Source: Folioceros fuciformis
Taxonomy: Eukaryota
Assembly (NCBI GenBank): GCA_049999805.1
Contig: JBNGIO010006373.1
Coordinates: 561,779-625,778, forward strand
Reading direction: 5' to 3'
DNA length: 64,000 bases
The notes under the pieces were generated by a model. It ran no database searches. It saw only the letters and a program-made list of their open reading frames with translations, and was not told the DNA's origin. Position 1 is the stretch's first letter. The number at the start of each line of letters is the position of its first letter. Of the stretch, positions 1-11,377 are shown one piece after another. A program made the position numbers and the translations under genes.

Positions 1-3
1 GTA

Positions 4-249
4 CTAATGCTCCAAATTTTTCCCGGCGTGCCTTTTGGAGTATGTGCGTTCTGCAATATCCGCAGGTGGCTGATTGTCTTTGTCCATGAGCAGGTCACTG
101 GTCGAGCTTTGTACCAGCAGCAGGACCAGATTCAGGAGCTTGCGGGTTTCACCTATTGTGCCACATGTTCCCCGTAGCAAGAACGAACAGTAGAGGACCA
201 AATGTATGAACACGATCGCGTGATTCTTCTTTGTCAGTTGTGTGCTCAT
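4..249 (-). CDS. Possible small secreted protein (81 aa)
   Basis: ATG-started ORF with basic N-terminus, hydrophobic stretch (AIVFIHLVLYCSFLL) and an RKLL motif; AT-rich DNA upstream. No family recognised. Confidence 0.2.
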   Translation of the reverse strand: MSTQLTKKNHAIVFIHLVLYCSFLLRGTCGTIGETRKLLNLVLLLVQSSTSDLLMDKDNQPPADIAERTYSKRHAGKNLEH

Positions 250-763
250 TCCTCCCTATGTACAGTTTCACCCCCCGTGGGTGTGCCTTTCATTAAATGT
301 CAACCTACTTGATGAGTACCTCCGGCTTTTCTTCCGTTGCATAGGACGAAAATTGGCTTCGCACGGTATGATTTTAAGTGTAGTCATATTATCGATAATA
401 TGAAGAAGATTTGTTCCATGCTATACAGTTTGTATTTTATTCAATTTTTATTAGCTCTTAAAAAGAATTTAGATATTTTTGTATTAAATTAAAAAATCAG
501 GAAGTTTTATTAATTATTATATAAATAGATTAAACATAAACAGAGATGGATAAAATCATCTTTTTTTTGTCCTTTTCATCTTTATCCACTTATCCATTTT
601 ATGTTGGGAGCCTATCATAGTTTTTCTCTTTATTCTATATCTTTCACAATGATTATATATAACTTATATAAAAATTATTATGTATAATTAATATATTATT
701 AGATAAAAATAATTAAACCATCCCTTATAACGGGAAAAGAACAAACAACTAAGCTCCCATATA

Positions 764-1854
764 CACTCAAACCCCTCTAATTGGGACCCAATTAGACCCC
801 TTTAAATGGGATGCCCGGGCGTATCGTGCTTCAAACATGGCTTCACATTCCTTGAATGTGCTACATGCTAAATGGAAACTCCTCTAATTTGTAAATGGGA
901 ACATGTCTTCCAAATATTCAATGCAAGTACACCTCTCTAAAAGAGAAAATACATATTTTAAAAAAACATTGAAGCTTTGCAAGTTGATGATTTTGTACCA
1001 ATGCAACCAGATCATAAACAATGCGACTACAACTATCGATGTATATCAAGCAGTGGTTATGCTGGTAAAAGCTCGGACTTCATTTGTGAGTCCTCGTACC
1101 ATACACAATTGTTGGAGGCATAGCATTTTGGATGCAGAATTGTGTGCACAAGATGCTCGGTTCCGTGAGTCATTGGATCTAAACAGCGCACCATATGATC
1201 CAGAGGATCACTCTAAATCACTCTAATTTGTTGGAAATGCAGGTAAAAGAGCTACAACAGTCCATGCGGAGCTTAGCATTATTAACATTTGAGAATATGA
1301 CAGGAATTGCTGATGTTGGATATCCAACAATGAAAGCTGAAGAGTATCTAAACTTTGAAGGAGATGAAGGATTTGAGACTACGTATATTCCTACAGAGGA
1401 CAAAATATGGCAAGCATTAATCCCTCCACCTATCAATGAGGAGGGTGAGGAGAATGATACAGCGTCAGTGGAGACCATAGCGCCAAGACCGTATACGACA
1501 AAGGATGTTGTAGACAATGTTATGAGGATAGCGAAGATGTTTTTGGAAGAGATGCCATATAACACTCTTGATGCTTTGAAGTCGCATTCTCAGTTGGAAA
1601 AACATGTTGCTAGTCATTGGATGAAAGCAACTCAACATCAATCAGATTGATGATTGTTTTCACCCAGCAAACTAGAATTAGGTTGGCAGCTATGTAGTAT
1701 GAGGGATCATTTTGGATTTTTTGGAAGCTTTTAAGCTCTTTCGAATTTTTTATTTAAAGGATTTTTTTAATATTTTTATTTTCAAAAAAGATGAAAATGC
1801 CTAAACGAGAACTCCTCTAAAAATGGGACGATTTTTCTACTCCCAATTGTTCTG
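764..1854 (+). mobile_element. Degenerate pogo/Tigger-like (DDE_1) DNA transposon remnant
   Basis: ORFs 903-1226 and 1195-1650 are frameshifted pieces. IDVYQAVVMLVKARTSFVSPRTIHNCWRHS resembles the end of the DDE_1 domain and is followed by an acidic tail. CCTCTAA..TGGGA motifs recur at ~774, ~881 and ~1814; TA-flanked candidate ends. Right TIR is poorly preserved. Confidence 0.55.
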
Positions 1855-2231
1855 TATATAAACCTTTTCTCCTTCCAAATCATCATATTTTAAGTGCTAT
1901 TCTTAATCATTACGCTTCAACTTCAACTGCACCATCATTCATTTAGGTGCTATTCTTAGTCATTAGCTTTAGCTCTTAGAGTCCCATCATGATTTATCTT
2001 TTTATGGGTGGATGAATTGTTTTTACAACTTTTAAAAAAATAAAATGAAATTATATTTTAATATTCAAGAAAAAAAAGAATTAGGAATAGTTATTGCTGA
2101 GAAGGCAACCGAGTTAACGTAAAACTAGCCGGGACGCCAGTTTAGTTAAGGAAGAGTGTCGGCAGGGTACGACTGCAAAGATTGGCCCGAATAGTGTGAT
2201 TAAAGATGTGAGTGAGGTCGAAAAGCTTTGC

Positions 2232-4712
2232 TCAGGAGGGACTCCCCGAATGATGCTTCCAATTCAAGATTCGGAGCAATTGGGCAGCAGACTGGCGAGT
2301 TTTGCTTGTGCAACCACTCTGCACAACAAACAGAAGTTGGTCGATCACACCAGCTTCCATTGCAACCCGTCTTGCTACTTCTACATCGTATGCGGTTGGA
2401 GTGTCACTGCTTTCCGGGCCGCACAGAGACCGCAGGGTGGAAGCACAGATCTCTGTCGCCTGGGGTGAAATCTTGCCCATTTGCCGAACCAGGGTGGAGA
2501 TGCCTCCCTTGAATCTGACCACAAGAGCTAGCCTGTCCGGATCCTTGCCCACCAGCTTCTCCACAACGCGAAGGGCCAGCTCCTTGTTCAGCCGGCAATT
2601 CCCTTGCGCACATAGAGGTGCGGGTGCCCCTCCTCGCTCTGCATCCTCCTTCATGTTGTGGGCTATGGCGGCCTGCACATTTCTGTCGATGTACTGAAGG
2701 GAGTGCCCGGAGGACGTCGGACTGTCAAGGGCAGTCCGAGGCCGACACGGATCTGGCTTGGGAGCCGGTGTTCGGTTGTCGATGATGGGCGAGCGGTCCA
2801 GCCTGCCCTCCACCTGGGCGTCCAGGAAGCTGAGAAGAGACTCCACCGCCCCGGCGTCGACTCCCCTCTTCATCTGCGCAGCCCCGGCCCCGAAGATCAA
2901 GAGCAGGATTTCGAGCACCAACTTCAAGCCCTCCGGATGCAAATCGTGCCTCACAAACCGGAGCAGCCTGACGAATGTGGCGTGCCGGGACCCGATCACG
3001 CCCGCCATCTCCCTCAAATTCACCAAGTTCCTCACCAGCCTCAGCGCGTTCAACTTGATGGTGATCCGTGCTTCAGACCGAAGAAACCAGGAAATGGCTA
3101 TGCCCCGATTCGTGATCGCCGTGATCAGCTGTCTGTCGTCGTCTCCCAGCGGAAGGAGGTTGAGAAGCGCCAGACCTTCCTCGCAGGCGAGAAGCCCATC
3201 CTTGTCAGATTCAGACATGGCAACATCCGGGGTGATCTCACCCCGAGAAAAAGGATCCCCGTGATAAAGCCTTCTCGGAGCTGCTGCTTCTCTCGATCCC
3301 TGGTCCTGACCAGGCGAAGAAGCTGAGGCAGTCTGGGTCGGGCTGGTCGTCTTCACCGCGGCTTCCGTAACACCCACATCCCTGGCCATGGGAGAGGAAT
3401 TGGAATTGGAATTGGAACTGGAACTCATCCACGGCCCGTGGGAGCTGGGGGCCCTGGCCGTGTGCCTGCGTCGGCCAAGAGCCGGAAAGCATGTGTAGCT
3501 AGGCTCGGCGTTGTCATCTCCCTGCCGCCGCCGGAAGGGCGACGGCCTGGGCGACGCCTTCAGCACCGACCTCTCCACGATCTCCAGAACTTCCCGCTCC
3601 GGGCTGGGAGGGACTGACCTGAAAGGCGAGCTGGAGGCTGGCGAGCTGGTGGAGGCCACCTCCGTGGCGTTGCTCCCTCTCCTGGTGGCAAGCAGATCTT
3701 CCCCAGGCCGCTCCGGCGAGGCCTGCTCCCCGGACTCGGTGGAGGCCCGGGCCACCCCCGCCAGCTTGGCCGCCCGCACCACATCCATCTCTGCCTCCGC
3801 CTGACTGTAGAGCAGAGATGCCATCACGGGTATCGCTCCCAGCTCAGCAATGCGCACCTTGTTCTTGGTGCTCTGTCTCGCCAGCCCGTGCAACCGCCTC
3901 ACCGCCTCATGCTTCCCCGGGCCCTCCTTGATCTTGAGCAGCAATTCGCCCACCTGAAACGTTCCCAGGTAGTCTAAGAGATTATTCCACAGCCCACATG
4001 TATGTGGGAATGAGGAATCCACATTTGTTTCTTCCCTCCATCGACATCCCCCCCCCAGTGCACATATCCTCACCAACCAACATAATATCAAGATAACACT
4101 CACCTCCTTCGTCTTCACAGTGGGCGAAGGGCTGATAACCGGCTCCTCTCCGACGCGCTGATTAATGGTGCTCCACTCCTGCACCAGGCTCCTGAGCATG
4201 TGGTTGGGGATGAGCTCCACCGTCTGCAGGGCCTGGCCCGTGGCGGGGCACGTCCTGTGACCGGAATCGAGCCACCGCACGATGTTCTCCCGATCATACG
4301 TCTGCCCCGTGCACAGGGTCACCGGGTCCTTCATCAGCTCTAGCGAGATCGGGCAGATGAAGTAGAAGGGCGCGGCAGTGCTCTGCCTCCCGGGCTCCTC
4401 CTCGAGCTCCCCGGGGACCACCTCCTCCCCATTTCCATCTCCGTAGAAGCGCATAACCGGAGGCGGCATGGTGAGCCCCCTGCTGGCCCCGTTGAGCCTC
4501 CACCCCGTCATCTGCTGCTGCTGCTGTCGCCGGGGACTCGACTCCACGGAATGAACATTCCGCCCAGTGGCACCTCCTTCCCCATACCCGCGCCCGCCCT
4601 GGATCATGGCTCCCAAGATGCACGCACCCTCGGCCTCTCCCAACGTCCCGCTTGCCGTACCTCCCTCCAGCGCCTTCACCTCCTCCCCTTCCCGTGATCC
4701 GGATGCTCGCAT
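2232..4712 (-). CDS. Plant U-box (PUB) E3 ubiquitin ligase with ARM-like repeats; one intron 3954-4103
   Basis: U-box motif FICPISLELMKDPVTLCTGQTYDRENIVRWL...CPATGQ...LIPNHMLRSLVQEW; ARM-like helices; C-terminal QLLFVVQSGCTSKTRQSAAQLLRIL typical of PUBs; GTGAGT...TTTCAG intron. Start codon uncertain. Confidence 0.9.
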   Translation of the reverse strand: MRASGSREGEEVKALEGGTASGTLGEAEGACILGAMIQGGRGYGEGGATGRNVHSVESSPRRQQQQQMTGWRLNGASRGLTMPPPVMRFYGDGNGEEVVPGELEEEPGRQSTAAPFYFICPISLELMKDPVTLCTGQTYDRENIVRWLDSGHRTCPATGQALQTVELIPNHMLRSLVQEWSTINQRVGEEPVISPSPTVKTKEVSVILILCWLVRICALGGGCRWREETNVDSSFPHTCGLWNNLLDYLGTFQVGELLLKIKEGPGKHEAVRRLHGLARQSTKNKVRIAELGAIPVMASLLYSQAEAEMDVVRAAKLAGVARASTESGEQASPERPGEDLLATRRGSNATEVASTSSPASSSPFRSVPPSPEREVLEIVERSVLKASPRPSPFRRRQGDDNAEPSYTCFPALGRRRHTARAPSSHGPWMSSSSNSNSNSSPMARDVGVTEAAVKTTSPTQTASASSPGQDQGSREAAAPRRLYHGDPFSRGEITPDVAMSESDKDGLLACEEGLALLNLLPLGDDDRQLITAITNRGIAISWFLRSEARITIKLNALRLVRNLVNLREMAGVIGSRHATFVRLLRFVRHDLHPEGLKLVLEILLLIFGAGAAQMKRGVDAGAVESLLSFLDAQVEGRLDRSPIIDNRTPAPKPDPCRPRTALDSPTSSGHSLQYIDRNVQAAIAHNMKEDAERGGAPAPLCAQGNCRLNKELALRVVEKLVGKDPDRLALVVRFKGGISTLVRQMGKISPQATEICASTLRSLCGPESSDTPTAYDVEVARRVAMEAGVIDQLLFVVQSGCTSKTRQSAAQLLRILNWKHHSGSPS

Positions 4713-5977
4713 TTCCTTCCCCCGGGCCTCAAGCCATCCTCTCCGTACCGCATCACACTCCTGCCTCTAATTCTGCGCGAGAAGGTACTCCCACACGCCA
4801 TCCCCGTGAATTCCCCCTCCCGCCTTCTCTCCCGGCCGCCCCAACTTTTTCCTCACTCGCTTCCTGGCAGCAGGAATCAATCAAGCATCCATTTTCCTCC
4901 GACTCGGAGGCACAGCAGTAGGCAGGAACGTGGCGCGTTTCGATCCCTCCGTGAAACACGCAGCCATAAGTCAAGGGCGGCACGCTCACGGGGCGGCGGC
5001 CATCACCCACGCCGTCGAGCTTGCGTCTCCCTCGGCTAGGCCCAAGGGCCAGGGGCCAGGTGCCAGCGGATAGAGGACAGCGGACAGCGAACAGCGGCAG
5101 GGGCAAGGGCGGGTTGGGTCGGGACGGATCTTGCGAGCAGCTGAGGTTTCGGCGAGGAGGGAAATCGAGACCAGTCGTGTGGAGAAGCGGCCAAAGGAGT
5201 GCTGTGGAATCAAGTCGTCGCACTGACCCAGATAACGCTCAAGTCGACCCGCTGGTGACCGGAGACCCGCGGCAGCCGGTGCGGGAGATCTTGTTTTCCC
5301 CCGGAGAATGACATGGCTGCCGCGGGTCTGCTCTTACTGGTGCTTATCACGACGGTTCACGACCGGGACACGGCGTCCAAGATATGTACATACACTACTT
5401 GGGAGGATCCGGCTGTCACGCCCAATTTTAGGTTAGTGACATTTCGACGTGCTGCCGTGACAGGCGCGGCCTCCACTCAAGCATTGACCACCAAATTGGG
5501 AGGCCCACCGTCCAGGAAAATTCTCACATGTATCACATGCAAGGAGGAGGTTCGATGGTGGACAACATGATACGGAACAAGGCCTTCCCATTTGACAAGG
5601 TGCGATTCGGGAACGGAGGGTCGGTCGCCTTTGGGGGCTTGGCGTATGTATGCCCTGGTACATAAACCACAGAATGTCATGTCACCCTAACATGGACCCC
5701 AGTAGGGTAGGCCTTTGTTTGTCAAGTCAGAGGCGGCCAGGCCACTGTTGATGTCATCACCCTGCAGGGCCTACACTGCACCGCCTATGACAAAGACACA
5801 GAATAAAAGAGGAAAGCGTGGAAGTCGCACACTTTGACTACATCACACACAGCAGCTTCCGCTGCCTTAAGATATGGTACACTTGTCTGCTTCTGGAATC
5901 ACTTTCGCTCAGGATAACCGCTGGGTGTGGGTGGGTGCCTGTGGTGGTGCCAGGATGGCTGAAGGCTGCTGCAACGG

Positions 5978-7288
5978 TTACTGTTGTGGTTCCTGGTGGA
6001 CAGAGTCCGACTCTCGGGCATGCGTGGGTGCAGCTGGCAGGAAGGCTGGGCAGAGAGTGGCAACGGCGTTCCTGTCTGGGCTGGAGTACTTGTTGTGGAC
6101 CACAGTGAGGTCTCCGGCGCCAGCTTTCCTGTGCAGGTGCACCATCATGTTGCCGCACTCCAGCAGCTCCGTTTCCTCGTAGCCAGACTGGTGTTGCAGG
6201 CCCGCCGTCCAGAATGGACCTAGCCTGAGAGTGCACCGGGCTGTGTACACCGCGGCAGCTGCCAGTAGGGATGGAGCAAATCTGGGCATGAAGTCCGCCA
6301 TCAAACAGAGTTCGAGCAGGAAAGAAGAGACAAGCTCCAGCTGTCCATCCGGTGCCTCGGCTGCCGCCAGGAATCTCAACACGAATCGGTAGGGCGTTGG
6401 AACCGTCAGCTTGTACTGCAGCGCGTTCAGCATGCTTTTCTCCGTTGCCAGGAACTGCTCCCGGGAGTAGGCCTTGTCAGATATGAAGACGAAGTCGTTT
6501 ACAACAGGGGCCAGGATTTCCTCATACTTGGCGGCAACAAACATGGCCGTGGCTCCTACCAGCTGCAGCTCCTTCCGAGACACACTTGCCGCTGCCAGAT
6601 ACCGGTCGATTAGATTCACCGTTAGGAAGAGCGTTTCTGGCAGAAGCCGGAACTTCCAGTGCACTTCGATGAGCCAGTTGATGAGAATTGCACGCATCAT
6701 GGGGTTGATGTCCGCATGCTTCTGCATGTAATCCGGTGGCACACGGAACTGCCTCTCCATCCTCCGGTAGAACGCATACACCTCTTCAGCATAATCCACA
6801 TCAGCCATATCCCGACAGCTACATGTCGCCTCCTCGCTGCCAGCTGGTCCTGTCTCTTCCACTTTCGGCTTGTCATTATCCACCATCCGGGCGCACGCTG
6901 CTACTATCGCTCTCTGCGCTGCAGCAGCAGCATTAGTTCCTCGCCTCCGCTTCCTCTCCGGCATAACCATATGCCCGCATGCCAGATCGGGAAGCCGAGC
7001 CCCTGTTGTCGCTTGAGACCGCCTGACCATGGGATGCATCTCCCTAACCACCTGCTTGCAATTGTCCCTTGCCACAGGATTCTTCCCCTCTAAACCAGGA
7101 GCACGGGCAGGAGAAGGAGCAAAGCCTCTAAGATTTCCAATGTCAGCGAGAGGTCTCCGCTTGTGCCCTCCCCGTTTGTTACGTCCTCCTTCCGTCGCTC
7201 CCTTATCTTCGCCTCCTCCGTCTCCATCTCCAAGTTGAAGAAACTCATCCAACCACACATGCTGTTGCACCCTAGAACACCCAGCCAT
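5978..7288 (-). CDS. CYCB: B-type mitotic cyclin (intronless ORF, 436 aa)
   Basis: Destruction box RRPLADIGN; cyclin box MRAILINWLIEVHWKFRLLPETLFLTVNLIDRYL, LQLVGATAMFVAAKYEE; C-terminal LTVVHNKYS. Confidence 0.92.
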   Translation of the reverse strand: MAGCSRVQQHVWLDEFLQLGDGDGGGEDKGATEGGRNKRGGHKRRPLADIGNLRGFAPSPARAPGLEGKNPVARDNCKQVVREMHPMVRRSQATTGARLPDLACGHMVMPERKRRRGTNAAAAAQRAIVAACARMVDNDKPKVEETGPAGSEEATCSCRDMADVDYAEEVYAFYRRMERQFRVPPDYMQKHADINPMMRAILINWLIEVHWKFRLLPETLFLTVNLIDRYLAAASVSRKELQLVGATAMFVAAKYEEILAPVVNDFVFISDKAYSREQFLATEKSMLNALQYKLTVPTPYRFVLRFLAAAEAPDGQLELVSSFLLELCLMADFMPRFAPSLLAAAAVYTARCTLRLGPFWTAGLQHQSGYEETELLECGNMMVHLHRKAGAGDLTVVHNKYSSPDRNAVATLCPAFLPAAPTHARESDSVHQEPQQ

Positions 7289-7297
7289 ACGCCCTAC

Positions 7298-7940
7298 ACT
7301 CTAAAGCGCACTCCGCACCTTGTGCTACTGCAATGCGAAATATCTAACAGAACGAGCCAGCGGAAAAAGGGCATCCAGAATCACGCGCCCGCAAATTGCA
7401 AGCCAACGGCATCCCACAGCTTCTGTAAGAATTCCCTTAAAGCAGAAATGCACAATCCGGCGCCATTGGATCGTTGCCAGCACAAGATAGAGCAGCGCAA
7501 GGAAGAAGAGAGGAAGTAGACGGCCAGGGAACCGCGGCTCGAAGGAGATGCAGTTTAAGCAGATGCAGGGCACTGGCCTTTCCGGGACGCCATCAGTATT
7601 GATGATAACGCTACCAGAATCAGACTCAGGAATCTTACTCTAAAGCGCTCTCGGCCCCAAGTTCTCCTGCACTACAAAAACTCTAACAGAACGAGCCAGC
7701 GGGACAACCGCATCCACAATCACGCGCCCTCCAATCGCAAGCCAACAACATCTCACAGCTTCTGGTTAGATCCGCTCAAAGCAGAATTCCATCATCGGGC
7801 GGCATTGGATCGTTGCCAGCACCAGATAGAGCAGGTCGAGAAAGAGAGGAAGAAGAAGCTGTTCAAGCAGATGCAGAGCTCTAGCTTTTGCGGGATGCCC
7901 TCGGCAACGATGATCAGACCACCAGAATCAGGCTCAGGAA
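7298..7940. repeat. Two diverged direct copies of a ~300-340 bp unit (7298-7632; 7637-7940)
   Basis: Both start ACTCTAAAGCGC, share TCTAACAGAACGAGCCAGCGG and CATTGGATCGTTGCCAGCAC, and end CCAGAATCAGrCTCAGGAA; copy 1 has an extra ~30 bp. Confidence 0.85.
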
Positions 7941-8311
7941 ACGCACCGGCGCCATTGCGCAAAACAAGTGCTCAATTTTTTAAAACCAAATCGAAGAATA
8001 ATTTGACGATCCAATTGAATTTCATCCCTTCATCGTCTATCGAAACGGCTCTGGCGTGGTCTCGTCTTCCGGCGCTTTGGCACTTGCGATTTCCTTTTGG
8101 CAGAAATAGTGACACTCGGAAGTGGATTTCCTTGCGTTATGACGGAGACATGCCCTCTTGGGCTCGTGAACCTGACGCTGAAGTGACGCCAGAGCTCGAA
8201 CCATCTTCGGGGTCGAACGTGACGACCGTACTGCATGTCCATTTGGTAAGAAGAAAAGCCAGCCTCCAATCGACACATACGCGTACGTCAATCTCGGAGG
8301 CATCTGCAAAA

Positions 8312-8455
8312 TCTGGGAGGCTGAACATGGTACCGAGATCAGCTGAACTAGCGGCTATATGTGGAGCTGCTTGTTGCCTTTTCTGGGAGACTGAACATGG
8401 CACCGGGATCACCTGAACTGCCGGCCATATGCGGAGCGGCTTGTCGCCTTTTCTG
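8312..8455. repeat. Tandem duplication of a 70-bp unit upstream of the E2 gene
   Basis: TCTGGGAGrCTGAACATGGyACCGrGATC...GCCTTTTCTG occurs twice with period 70. Confidence 0.85.
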
Positions 8456-8476
8456 ATGTCTCTTCTGTTATCCAAG

Positions 8477-10603
8477 ATGAGGATTTCAGCGCTTCTTAGG
8501 TGCTCCAGGCGAGCAGCTGCCAGGAGTGTGCGCGGAATTGTGTCAGCTGGGTCGGCTCACGTTCCCAGCCGGGTGTTGGGTTGTGCGGAAAGGAACAGAT
8601 GGGGCACTTCCGGGGTGCGGTCCGGGACCTTGAATTTGGTTAGGAATCCTCCTGGGTGGCTTCACCACGCACAGCAGAGGAGCTTCTCCGGGGTGAAAAA
8701 GGGAGCCAGTCCCGGGGGGATTGTAGAGGTGCCTTTGGCGCAGACTGGTGAAGGGATTGCGGATTGTGAGCTGCTCAAGTGGCTTGTGACCGAGGTATGA
8801 CTCGCTTGCTGCTGCAGGTGAGGCGCTCAGGTTGGAGGTGGTTTGTGGGGGGAATTGACGGTTTGTGGGTGATTGGTGCAGGGGGAAGATGTGGAAGAAT
8901 TTCAGCCACTCTGCCAGGTTCAGAGTGACAAAGCAAGCGTAGATATCAGTAGTCGGTACAAGGGCAGGGTGACGAGGATTTGCTTTATGCCCGGGGATGT
9001 TGTGAAGGTTGGGGACTTGCATTCCCTGTAGCTCATGTTAATGTAATGGTTTTAGATTCTCTTGCTGTTGCTGGCTCCAGCTCAGGGTTTCGTGGTTTGC
9101 AGGTTGGAGAGACTCTGTTGGAGATATCTCTTGATGGGGGACATGGGGCGGCTTCGGTCCAGGAGAGGCATGACAAGGAGCCGGCGTCTGCTAGTAACTC
9201 GTCCTCCAGCAGCGATGAGGAGGACGGAGATGGTGCTGCAGAGGAGGAGAAGCAAGCAGGTGGCAACGCGCTTTGTACTCCTGCAGTCCGGCGTCTGGCT
9301 CGGGAATATGGCATCAACCTGTCGGAGGTTGCGGGCTCTGGGGAAGGAGGCAGGGTGTTGAGAAATGATGTCATAAATGCTGCTGGTGCCAAGGAACTTC
9401 TCGAAGAGGATGTCCACGCCGTGAGCTCGAACGCCAGTCCTAGCGCCTCCGTGGAGCCTCGTCAGGCGGGAGAGAGTGAGAGTGTACCACAGCTTGCAGA
9501 ACCAACCCCGCATGGCAAGGACTTTGTTATTCCCGTCAGGTGGGATCAAAGCTGTGTTGCTTGGATGCTGCTGACACTGCTGTCGTTTGGTGACCCAAAA
9601 TCTGCATGAAGCCTTATGGGCTCTTAGTCGTGACGTGTTGGCAGAGGGTTCCGCAGGGCCATGGCAAAGACAATGGCTGCAACCACAAGTGTCCCTCATT
9701 TTTACTATGTGGAGGAGATTGAGATGGACTGTCTGGTGGAGTTAAGGAGAAGCCTCCTGAACAGCTCCCTGGAGAGTGGTGTGAAGCTCACCTATCTGCC
9801 CTTCATGATAAAGGCTCTGTCAGTTGCTCTTCACAAGTTTCCCATCATGAACAGCAGTGTTAGCAGCGATCTTTCCGAAATCACTTGCAGAGGTGAGTGT
9901 CAGCATCTAGTCTCCCTTTGGGTCGATGCTTGTGTACTCGTTGTGTATTGTACCGCAGGGCGAATGTGGCTTACGTCTGCCTCATGTGGCTATGTGTGCA
10001 GCATCTCACAATATCGGAGTTGCCATAGCAACAGAATCTGGCCTTGTGGTACCCAACATAAAAAATGTGCAGCAACTGTCTGTGCTTGAGGTACGAAGCA
10101 TCTAACCTCACCTGGTTACCTGTAGTCCAAGACTGTTAACACCGAGGCTGACCCGTGCTGGGCTTGCAGATTGCTGCAGAAATGTCTCGACTTGCCTCGC
10201 TAGCAAGAACAAACAGCCTGAGCGCACACGATGTCTCTGCGGGAACCATCAGCCTGTCCAACATCGGTGCCATTGGCGGCAAGAATGGTTACCCCCTTCT
10301 TAACCTTCCTGAGGTAGCCATTGTGGCGTTAGGAAGGATTCAGAAACTTCCGCAACTTGCAGAAGACGGGAGTGTGACTGCTACTTCGATGATGACTGTA
10401 AGTGCTGCCTCGTCGTCATGACATCGGTTGTTCAAAGCTGCCACTCGCTGCTCTTTCCTCTGACGGAAGTATGTTCTCATCTCTTCCAGGTAACATGGGG
10501 AGCTGACCACAGAGTTGTTGATGGAGCAACTGTTGCCCGATTCTGCAACGAATGGAAGACGCTCTTGGAGGAACCCGGGCACCTGATTTTAAATCTCAGA
10601 TAG
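8477..10603 (+). CDS. BCE2: Mitochondrial branched-chain alpha-keto acid dehydrogenase E2 (dihydrolipoyl acyltransferase), multi-exon
   Basis: Arg-rich presequence; lipoyl domain VPLAQTGEGIADCELLKW|GEDVEEFQPLCQVQSDKA; E3-binding TPAVRRLAREYGINL; catalytic KLTYLPFMIKALS and VTWGADHRVVDGATVARFCNEWK; GT-AG introns (first 8795-8881). Confidence 0.93.
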
Positions 10604-11377
10604 TTTGGTCCATGCCCTTCGTCACTTCAAACACACGCAGCTCGATCTATGTACTTCGTCGCTCGAATTAACCAGGTTCGAGGGTCTTGAAACGAAACGT
10701 GTGCCACCATGACACGGAGCAGTTATGAAGCTGCAATCGAGTTCCTCACAAGTCTTACGTTTAGTATAACTAAGTGTTCCTTAACTTTAAATTAAGGACA
10801 AGTATCGGACGTCACCTACTTACGCGTGGGAGCTGTATCTGTTTGGTAGATTAATTTTCTTTGCAACATATGGAGGAACAGCTATTGCAGAACCAAGAGA
10901 TGTAAAGCATGTAATAGGCTTCGTAGGATGCAACATTGGAGGAAGATAACTTTAGTCCATGTAAGAAGCGACCAACATTTGGAAACAGATAAATTTATTT
11001 TTCGCCAAACATGCCTTTGTCTATGACTTTAAATAAGCACCCTTAACTTTTATTTCCCACTTCGGTTTGTCTAGTTTGCTGCTGAGTTCCTTGCTTGTTG
11101 ATATCTCGCCAAAAGGAGTATAATATAGCTTGTTCGCCTGTTGCGTCACCAACCAAGAGACAGCCACATGGATGATTCAGAACATAGTGGTTATCGGCAC
11201 GTGGAAACATGAGAGAGTGACGGAATAAGTTGAACTGGCAAGGACTCCCGACATTCTAGAAGTCCTTATGTCAAGGATGACAAAATCATCCCCCCACGAC
11301 AACATTGATTTGTGACAAACCAAGACCAAAACTACCCAGTAGAAGCTCCGAGGCTCCCCACAGCCCATCTTCAGATA

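Noticed and set aside
2302-4921. Overlapping alternative-frame ORFs in the U-box gene
   Set aside because: Expected from high GC content; no independent coding evidence.
5313-5806. Short ORF with hydrophobic start and coding-like composition between the PUB and cyclin genes
   Set aside because: No recognisable domain; stops and frameshifts; cannot be distinguished from UTR or promoter DNA.
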